Shown: one piece after another, positions 45,185-52,092 of the stretch | Layout: the number at the start of each line of letters is the position of its first letter | Position numbering within the stretch: the first letter of the stretch is position 1 | DNA from: Candidatus Nealsonbacteria bacterium RIFCSPLOWO2_01_FULL_43_32 | GTDB taxonomy: Bacteria; Patescibacteriota; Minisyncoccia; Minisyncoccales; MHMH01 | DNA length: 52,092 nucleotides | Assembly (NCBI GenBank): GCA_001819335.1 | Contig: MHMH01000015.1 | Location: 1-52,092 of the forward strand | Direction of reading: 5' to 3' | The notes under the pieces: model-generated | What the model was told of the DNA's origin: nothing | What the model saw: the letters and a program-made list of their open reading frames with translations, nothing else | Database searches by the model: none | Position numbers and translations under genes: made by a program

Positions 45185-45879
45185 GTATCTTCATCGTCGG
45201 CGCAGTGGGCGGCATTTTTGCCGACCAAATTCTCTGGCCCTATTTCATTGAGCGGCCGCTTTTTTATCAGTATAGATTGGAGCAGACGCCGATTTATGTG
45301 ACCCAGAAGCAAGAAACCACCATGTATGTCCAGGAGAATTTTGCTTTAAGGGAAGCAGTGGAGAAAGTGGCCAAAGTCGTAGTTGGCGTCAAAACCAAAA
45401 CCGAAGCACGAGAGATTTTGGAAGGTTCGGGTCTGGTCGTCACTTCGGATGGCCTCATCGTCACCTTGGCTTCGCTGGTGCCGCCGGGCTCTGCCTTTTC
45501 TTTTTTTGTTGAGGGTCAGTGGCCCAATTACCAAATTTTAAAAAGAGATTTGACAAACAATTTAGCTTTGGTCAAACTTGAAAGCAGCAGATTGTCAACG
45601 GTCGGTTTTGCCGACTTGGAGAAAACCAAAGTCGGGGAGCGGGTTTTTCTCATAGGCACGGACTTCAGCACGACCACGCCCCGGGCCGTGGTCAACGAAG
45701 GCATTATCAGTTTTTTTAGCGAAGATTTAATTAAGACGAATATTTTTGAAGACCAAGTTGTTCGGGGCAGTCCTTTATTCAATCTTGAAGGTAAGGCCGT
45801 CGGCCTGAACATACTTGATGAAACCGGCCGGGTTCAGACTATTCCTATCAACGTTATCCGCGCCTTCATCGGTTTGTAG
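45157..45879 (+). CDS. Membrane-anchored trypsin-like protein, catalytic triad apparently lost
   Basis: GSGLVVTSDG fold motif, but TLASLV, NNLAL and VRGSP replace the His, Asp and Ser motifs. Confidence 0.7.
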   Translation: MAKNILKILSIFIVGAVGGIFADQILWPYFIERPLFYQYRLEQTPIYVTQKQETTMYVQENFALREAVEKVAKVVVGVKTKTEAREILEGSGLVVTSDGLIVTLASLVPPGSAFSFFVEGQWPNYQILKRDLTNNLALVKLESSRLSTVGFADLEKTKVGERVFLIGTDFSTTTPRAVVNEGIISFFSEDLIKTNIFEDQVVRGSPLFNLEGKAVGLNILDETGRVQTIPINVIRAFIGL

Positions 45880-45914
45880 CCTTAACAATTAAATTAAAAA
45901 AGGAGGAAACGGTC

Positions 45915-46394
45915 TTGGCCATAAGTAAGCTTAGTTTAATGCGAGAAGAAGTTTTGAGGCTGGTCAGGCAAAATGACGGCAAATTGTCGGTAAGCGACGT
46001 AAAAGCAAGACTCGGCAACCCTGACGTCGCATGCTCATCGATGGTAGATTACATGGAGTTTAATTCTAAAGTTATTTATACCAAAAAGATCGGGACAAAA
46101 AGGATGCTCTTTCTCAACAGAAGAACCCAGGCGGCAGATGGCGTTCCGTTGACAGAAGTTGACTGCGGGCTGATGGCAAGATTTAATCTGGATATTCTTG
46201 ATTTCAAAATTCTGGAAGCGCCCGAGAGCGAATCGTCGTATGGCTTAGCTGATAGGCTAAAAGTTTTAGAAAACCAGGTCGTAGCCAGGGTTGAGCGAAG
46301 TATTCCCCTTAAATTCAAAGTCGCGAAATTTCAAGAAGCCCAAGAAATCTTTCATAAGTGCAGGCAAGAGTTAGCAGCGCTCCAGGTGGTGTGA
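45915..46394 (+). CDS. Hypothetical protein, possibly HTH-containing
   Basis: SD AGGAGG at 45901, TTG start, 159 aa. Confidence 0.55.
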   Translation: MAISKLSLMREEVLRLVRQNDGKLSVSDVKARLGNPDVACSSMVDYMEFNSKVIYTKKIGTKRMLFLNRRTQAADGVPLTEVDCGLMARFNLDILDFKILEAPESESSYGLADRLKVLENQVVARVERSIPLKFKVAKFQEAQEIFHKCRQELAALQVV

Positions 46395-46429
46395 GAACCC
46401 ATCAATCTCGCACCACTTTTTAATTAATC

Positions 46430-47296
46430 ACCTCCCGAGGGTACTTACCTAAACATTTTCCGAAGGGACTTTTATACCTATTTCTCCAAAAGTTTGTTAT
46501 ACTAAAATAAATACCTCCCGAGGGTACTTCAAGAGGGTACTTAAATTTATGCCATATCGAAGAATATATTTTGAAAAAAATAAGCCCGTCCATATCGTTT
46601 CTCGATCGGTGATAGATGTTTTTAAGCAAAAAGAAGATTGTTATAGGTTTATTTTCCAATTTTATGTTACCAATTTAGGTAAAAGAGGTTTTAATGTCAC
46701 CGCGAAAGATGCTATCAAAGCAGGACAAGCTTTGTTATATGAAGAGAAAATTCCTCCAAGGTTTGTGTCCGAAGAACATTCCTCCTTTGTTTATTTATTA
46801 GATTTTTCTTTAGTGATGAATCATTATCACTTCTATTTGTTACCGACCAGCGAGAACGTAATACCTATTTTTATGCAAAAACTAAACAATGGTTTTGCCC
46901 AATCTTTCAATCTACTTCATAAACGGAAAGATGCTGTTTTTGGAAGTAGATACAAGGGCGTAGTAGTTGAGGATGAATTTCAATCTCACGCGGTAAGTCG
47001 ATATGTTAGCATAATTAATCCTCTTGATATTTTTCAGCCAGGATGGAGAGAGGCTGGATTAAAAAATTCAAACGAAGCTTTTAATTTTTTGGAGGATTAT
47101 GAATTTTCGACTTTTCCGGATAAAATAAGGAAAAGAAAGGCTCAAATATTAGCTCCTCAAGAAATTTTAGAGCAATATGCTCCCTTTTGGGGAGACGAAA
47201 ACGAATATCGAGAATTTGCCGAAGAATTTTTAAAAGAAAGATTAACCTCTTCTCGCCCTGCATTTATTGAATAAACACCCTCGGGAGGTGTTTATT
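46430..47296 (+). mobile_element. Y1 (IS200/RAYT-like) transposase locus flanked by ACCTCCCGAGGGT repeats
   Basis: Direct copies at 46430 and 46513, partial copy at 46533, inverted copy at 47277-47289 inside hairpin 47270-47296. Confidence 0.75.
46549..47274 (+). CDS. HUH/Y1 tyrosine transposase (REP-associated type)
   Basis: HIVSR, MNHYH (HUH), FN..HKR...VF.SRYK, RYVSIINP (YIHxNP-like). Confidence 0.85.
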   Translation: MPYRRIYFEKNKPVHIVSRSVIDVFKQKEDCYRFIFQFYVTNLGKRGFNVTAKDAIKAGQALLYEEKIPPRFVSEEHSSFVYLLDFSLVMNHYHFYLLPTSENVIPIFMQKLNNGFAQSFNLLHKRKDAVFGSRYKGVVVEDEFQSHAVSRYVSIINPLDIFQPGWREAGLKNSNEAFNFLEDYEFSTFPDKIRKRKAQILAPQEILEQYAPFWGDENEYREFAEEFLKERLTSSRPAFIE

Positions 47297-47311
47297 TGGG
47301 GATATACACAG

Positions 47312-47339
47312 TTGACAGGGGTTTTCGGGGGCATAAAAT
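47312..47339 (+). promoter_or_regulatory. Putative sigma70 promoter
   Basis: TTGACA-16 bp-TAAAAT, 8 bp before the ATG at 47348. Confidence 0.55.
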
Positions 47340-47347
47340 AAAAGTAT

Positions 47348-47914
47348 ATGGCGCAGAGAATTGTTTTTTTGATTTCGGGCATTGTCGTTTTAGTCCTCAT
47401 CAGCGGAGGATTTTTTTATTGGCAGCAAAACCAGGCAGATGTCAGAGAGCTTAATAAAACCCTGCCCGCGGGGGTGAGGGTGGCAAAGAGTTTAATTGGT
47501 AATGAATACAAAGTAGTGAATAAAATAGACGGGTACGATTTTAAGGTGCCGATGGAGTGGAGGGGGATAAAAGAAGTGGAATATATATCAGAGAGAGAGG
47601 AGAGTGGATTTCGCGGTACAAGTATAAATATTGAAGGATTAGAGGGTGGGGCTAGGGGGTTGGGTGTTGATCGTTTCAAGATAGAACGCAACCCAAATTT
47701 AATTGATTGGGCAAAAAATATGTTTAGTACAGTGGGCCTAGATGGCGATTTTAAAAGCGAAACTATTAAAAATTTTGAAGTGATTAAAACGCAAGAAAAC
47801 CTACATTTAGTAGGCATGTATATGTATTTTTTCAAAAAAGATTCGGCAATTTACTCTATAACTAATGGTTCTGAAGAATTCATTCGCTATATAATTACTA
47901 ATGGTCAATGGTAA
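47348..47914 (+). CDS. Hypothetical membrane-anchored extracellular protein (PsbP-like possible)
   Basis: N-terminal TM segment, GYDFKVPMEW motif. Confidence 0.65.
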   Translation: MAQRIVFLISGIVVLVLISGGFFYWQQNQADVRELNKTLPAGVRVAKSLIGNEYKVVNKIDGYDFKVPMEWRGIKEVEYISEREESGFRGTSINIEGLEGGARGLGVDRFKIERNPNLIDWAKNMFSTVGLDGDFKSETIKNFEVIKTQENLHLVGMYMYFFKKDSAIYSITNGSEEFIRYIITNGQW

Positions 47915-50900
47915 TTTAAGAGGAGGTAAACCCATAGTGATTATACTAATAATCACTATTTTTTTGTTTAGTAATGTCGCTTTGGCAGCAAAGATGAAAA
48001 TCAGCGCCCAGCAGGCCGAAGAGATAAAAAAAGTTTTAGGTATAACCCAAACACTTCTTAATATTTCCAAACTTATCGTAAACGATAACGACTTGGCAAC
48101 TATTTTAAATAAAGCGATAGGCGTTGGCCAAACCGGCACTGACGCCACTTACGGCCTGCTTGTTTTAAGCGCTTTAAACGAAATGGACTTGATGGATTTG
48201 GTGCTTTCGCAAAGATATAAGGAAGAAGCCAGGGATTATTTTAACAAAGTATTGAAAGAAAAGACAGACCTGCTTTCCTATTGGAAAGGCGTAGGTTTTG
48301 ATATCCCCAAAGTGGTTTCTGGTTATATCACCGGGCCCATGGCTGGTTTAACCTTAAATAGTTTTGCTATTACCGACAAAGCCATTGCGATCTTCGGTGA
48401 GTTTTATATTTTGGAAACAATGAAGTTATACGACGGTTTGTGGCGTTATTTTGATGAGAGAAGAAATGGCGAATTGCATCAAGGGGCTTGGGAATTGGCT
48501 GAACCTGAAATGGGTTTTGCGGCACTAAGAGGATGGAGTTTTTCTTATAAAAAGCCATCGGATCGAAATTCATACGAGCTTGAAGCTAAATTTTTAGCGC
48601 TTTGGGATAAATGGGGACCTTACGCCACTCCCTATGGCATAAGCAAAAAATACAAAGACCAGCTAGCTGGCGAGTTGAGAGATACTTTAGTCGCAGCCAT
48701 ACAAACTCAACCCCTTGCCAAAGAAGCGCCGCAATTTTCATTGATAGACAAATTGTATAATCAATTTATCAAGCTGAAAGAGGTAGCAACAACTTTAATC
48801 AATCAAATCAATCCCTTTAAGGCTGGTCCGATAATTGATTTATCCAGGGAATCGGTTGAACCTGGTTTAGCTAATGAGGGGAAAGTGGCAGCCATTGAGT
48901 CTGCGCCCGTTGACGCCCGAAATATTAAATCAGCGGAGAACAGTTCTCCGCTGGTAGAGAGTTTGGCAGAGGATAGTCCCTCGGGAAGTCCGGAGGAAAT
49001 TAAGGAGCCAGAAGAAATTTTAGAGCCTGAACCTGCGCCACCAATTCCTATAACGCCGAAACCAGTACCGGAGCCAGCCTCCAAACCGGCGCCAATTTCC
49101 GGACCAATATTGTGCGAAAGAGATAGTGGTAATCCAACAAGATTCAGAGTTTTTATTGATGAGGTTGCTTGGATGGGAACAGCAAATTCCTCTAACGACG
49201 AGTGGATTGAGCTCAAAAATATCTGGGGCATCCCAGTTAAATTAAATGGCTGGCAGCTTTTAGATAAAGATCGGCAAATTGAAATAATCTTCGGCGAAGG
49301 CGATATTATCCCCGCCAACGGTTATTATCTCCTGGAGCGGACCGATGATAATTCGATGCCGGACGCCAAAGCAGATTTGATTTATACCGGCGCCTTAAAT
49401 AACACCGACGAGGCTTTATATCTTTTTGACGACCAGTGCAATATTGAAGACGAAGTTTTAGCCAATCCCAGCTGGCCGGCCGGAGACAATACTCTTAAAA
49501 AGCCGATGGCAAGATTAGATGTTTTGGATTGGTATAGCGGCGTCAGCACTCCTAGGGGTGAAAATAGCTCTCCGCCAGTAATTCGTTCTTCCGCCAGCGT
49601 TCCAATTCCCTCACCGACACCGTCTTCTATCTCGCCTCAAATTTTTATCACCGAAACATACATTGGAAGCGAGGGCAGCCAAAAAGATGATTTCGTCGAA
49701 CTTTACAATCCTAATTCAGCGGCGGCCAATTTAACTGGTTGGTATCTCCAAAGAAAAACAAGCGGCGCTCAAGATTTTTCTTCTTATGTCCCTCACGAAT
49801 TGTTCGTTGGTAAAACAATCGGGGCCCAAGATTATTTTTTAATCGCTAACGCTTCCTCATCTTTTGCCACCTCAGCTGACGTCGTGACCACCTACCCTTT
49901 GACTGAAAACAATACTCTAGTTTTGAAAAACAGTCAGCAGGAAATTATTGACCAGGTTTCCACCGATAACCCTTCTTTAGGCAAAAGTTATGGCCGTAAA
50001 TGGTCGAGTACCACCCTAAGTTATACGGAAGATTTTGAGGCTCAAACTCCTACTCCTCGAGCTCAAAATCAGAATTCGGCCGCCGAAGATGGCGAGGAAG
50101 AGGAACCATTACCAGTGGTTATTAATGAAGTCGCTTGGGCTGGTACGCAAGCTAATCATTTTGACGAATGGCTTGAGCTTTTAGTAAATTCAACGACCAG
50201 TTTTGACGGCTGGAAGATTCTAGGCACTAAAAATGGAACCACTACGATAGAAATTCCCCTTTCTGGCTACGCTTCTTCGTCAACTTATCTATTAATTGAA
50301 AGAACCGACGATAATACAATCAGCGATATTCTGGCAGATTTCTTTTTTACCGGTGGTTTAGATAATAATGGCATGAAATTAGAACTTTGGGATTCAGAGG
50401 GCGCTTTAGTTGATTCGGTCGATGGTTCTTCCGGCTGGTTTGCCGGTTCGGCTTCGCCCGATTATGTTTCCATGGAAAGAATTAATCCATTAGCGGGGTC
50501 CGACCCCGCTAATTGGGCCGGCAATAATCGAGTTCCTTGGGAAGGTCAGCAAGGGAAAGACGCCGGCGGGGAATGGGTTAACGGCACTCCCAAATCAAAA
50601 AACAGCGTGGCCAAAGAATTAACCACCGTTATCGCCGGTGGTTTTCAAATAGAGAATGATTTTACTTTGGCTTTACTCGGTAGCCCCTATCTTGTGGAAG
50701 GTTCGATTAACGTGGTGGCCGGAGCAAAATTAATTATTGAGCCGGGTGTGACAATTAAGTTTAAGCACAATAATTCTTGGAAGTCAGAATTAAAAGTGGA
50801 AGGAGAGTTGATGGCTATTGGCACCGAAGTTCAAAGAATTATTTTTACTTCTTCCAGCACCCAGCCTGCGGCGGGCGATTGGGAATGGCTTTATTTTAAG

Positions 50901-52013
50901 AATGCTCAAGCCATCCTGAACAATGTGGTTATTCAATACGCCGGCAAAAAAGAAGGCAATCCGCCTTTTTCACCGCCCTTTACCCGAGGGGCTGTTTATA
51001 TTGAAGGTGGAAACGTGCAGATTAAAAATTCAACCATTGAAAACAACCAAACCATAGGTGTTTGGTTGAAAGACTCTGCCGATAGCTTGATTGATAACGT
51101 GGTCTTCGCCGATATCCAGGGAGACTGGGAGAAGCCGGCGGCCATCTTGATTGAAAATAGCAGCCCTATTATTAAAAATTCAACTTTTCAGAATAATAAC
51201 GTCGGGATTTGGATTGATAGCTCGGCCAGCTCGACCATTGAAAATAATGTTTTTGAAAGTAATCAAACTCCGATTAAAACCAACACCCTTTTAGCTACTT
51301 TTTCCGGCAATATTGCTCAAAATAATAATTTAAACGGCATTTTAGTTTCAAGCTTCGGTTTTTCCGACACAATCAACCAGGTTGATTGGCAAAAAGCCAA
51401 TTTGCCTTATATTTTTGAAAGCTATGCCATAATTTTTCCTGGGCAAACTTTGAATATTAAGCCGGGCGTAGTGATTAAATTGAAAAGCAACGGCCGGATT
51501 TATGTTGATGGCACTTTAAGGGCAGAAGGCAGTGAAAACGAGAAAATCACTTTCACTTCTCTTGAGCAGGCTTCGCCCGGCGCCTGGGGCTTTATTTCTT
51601 TTTCCGCTTCAAGCATTAATTCAATTCTTGACAATGTGATTGTCAGGTATGGGGGATGGTATAGCCAACCTTTTAAAAGTGGGGCCGTGAAGATAAACAA
51701 TACAGATGTTATTATTTCTAACTCTCTTTTTGAAGATAATCTTTTTGCCGGGTTAGAGCTGGAAAACAGTACGACGACTATTATCAACACTGTTTTTAAA
51801 GACCATCGGGCGAAATATAATTATGATATGGAAAACTCAAAAGGGGTTTTCATAAACAATGCCACGCCAATATTTACCAATGCGATTTTTAATAATAATT
51901 ACTACGGGGTGTATGTTGAGCCGGGGGAGTGTCCGGATTTGACGGAGGTGAGTTTTGGCGCAGGGGATGAAGCTAATTCCGTTGACGTCTGGCCGGAAAG
52001 TTGTCTGTTTTAG
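47901..52013 (+). CDS. Large secreted protein: helical N-terminus, Pro-rich linker, three lamin-tail domains, C-terminal beta-helix
   Basis: Signal peptide; repeats of I.EVAW.GT...DEWIEL and LERTDDN; DDFVELYN; two copies of I.PGV.IK...L.A.G.....I.FTS. Confidence 0.82.
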   Translation: MVNGNLRGGKPIVIILIITIFLFSNVALAAKMKISAQQAEEIKKVLGITQTLLNISKLIVNDNDLATILNKAIGVGQTGTDATYGLLVLSALNEMDLMDLVLSQRYKEEARDYFNKVLKEKTDLLSYWKGVGFDIPKVVSGYITGPMAGLTLNSFAITDKAIAIFGEFYILETMKLYDGLWRYFDERRNGELHQGAWELAEPEMGFAALRGWSFSYKKPSDRNSYELEAKFLALWDKWGPYATPYGISKKYKDQLAGELRDTLVAAIQTQPLAKEAPQFSLIDKLYNQFIKLKEVATTLINQINPFKAGPIIDLSRESVEPGLANEGKVAAIESAPVDARNIKSAENSSPLVESLAEDSPSGSPEEIKEPEEILEPEPAPPIPITPKPVPEPASKPAPISGPILCERDSGNPTRFRVFIDEVAWMGTANSSNDEWIELKNIWGIPVKLNGWQLLDKDRQIEIIFGEGDIIPANGYYLLERTDDNSMPDAKADLIYTGALNNTDEALYLFDDQCNIEDEVLANPSWPAGDNTLKKPMARLDVLDWYSGVSTPRGENSSPPVIRSSASVPIPSPTPSSISPQIFITETYIGSEGSQKDDFVELYNPNSAAANLTGWYLQRKTSGAQDFSSYVPHELFVGKTIGAQDYFLIANASSSFATSADVVTTYPLTENNTLVLKNSQQEIIDQVSTDNPSLGKSYGRKWSSTTLSYTEDFEAQTPTPRAQNQNSAAEDGEEEEPLPVVINEVAWAGTQANHFDEWLELLVNSTTSFDGWKILGTKNGTTTIEIPLSGYASSSTYLLIERTDDNTISDILADFFFTGGLDNNGMKLELWDSEGALVDSVDGSSGWFAGSASPDYVSMERINPLAGSDPANWAGNNRVPWEGQQGKDAGGEWVNGTPKSKNSVAKELTTVIAGGFQIENDFTLALLGSPYLVEGSINVVAGAKLIIEPGVTIKFKHNNSWKSELKVEGELMAIGTEVQRIIFTSSSTQPAAGDWEWLYFKNAQAILNNVVIQYAGKKEGNPPFSPPFTRGAVYIEGGNVQIKNSTIENNQTIGVWLKDSADSLIDNVVFADIQGDWEKPAAILIENSSPIIKNSTFQNNNVGIWIDSSASSTIENNVFESNQTPIKTNTLLATFSGNIAQNNNLNGILVSSFGFSDTINQVDWQKANLPYIFESYAIIFPGQTLNIKPGVVIKLKSNGRIYVDGTLRAEGSENEKITFTSLEQASPGAWGFISFSASSINSILDNVIVRYGGWYSQPFKSGAVKINNTDVIISNSLFEDNLFAGLELENSTTTIINTVFKDHRAKYNYDMENSKGVFINNATPIFTNAIFNNNYYGVYVEPGECPDLTEVSFGAGDEANSVDVWPESCLF

Positions 52014-52092
52014 ATACAGACATTTTGCACTCACAATCTAAGGGCTTGGTTAGGAGTTAAACCGTTAAGTCCGCAGTGTTTGGTGTCATTGT

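Noticed and set aside
48978-48988. CCCTCGGGA resembling the Y1-flanking repeat (a similar CCTCGGGA is near 258)
   Set aside because: Only 8-9 bp match; compatible with chance.
47901-52013. Second DGR target within the window
   Set aside because: No TR-like sequence was seen by eye in this or any other gene; a computed alignment would be needed to exclude weak matches.

Overview
Bacterial chromosomal segment, probably Patescibacteria/CPR (Parcubacteria-like). This is inferred from compact overlapping genes, mostly SD-less housekeeping starts and truncated core proteins; TGA is used as stop. The first 2.8 kb hold a diversity-generating retroelement (DGR): a target gene (308-904) with a C-terminal variable repeat (764-900), a template repeat (1259-1395), an Avd-like gene and a reverse transcriptase (1807-2802). 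All 18 TR/VR mismatches fall on TR adenines, and 16 are A>G. The layout is unusual. avd is antisense between TR and RT, and its probable N-terminus is out of frame at a G9 tract next to a perfect 22-bp palindrome (possible phase switch, or an assembly error). Twin UACG-capped hairpins precede TR, and the target gene has a strongly structured leader. The rest is mostly housekeeping: leuS, glmS, OFOR, yvcK, glmU-like, tsaC/D, tRNA-Leu, parAB, rel, topA, a short mfd, pth, lepB, hisS, rpsU, ftsAZ, nrdDG, comEC, iscSU, htrA and clpB. It also has a hicBA module, a putative glycan synthesis cluster, a NYN nuclease, a repeat-flanked Y1 transposase and a large lamin-tail/beta-helix surface protein. Several families of short palindromic or heptameric repeats lie between genes and in frame inside essential genes, including a two-hairpin element with covarying stems. 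All protein calls are motif recognition by eye; no database searches were run.
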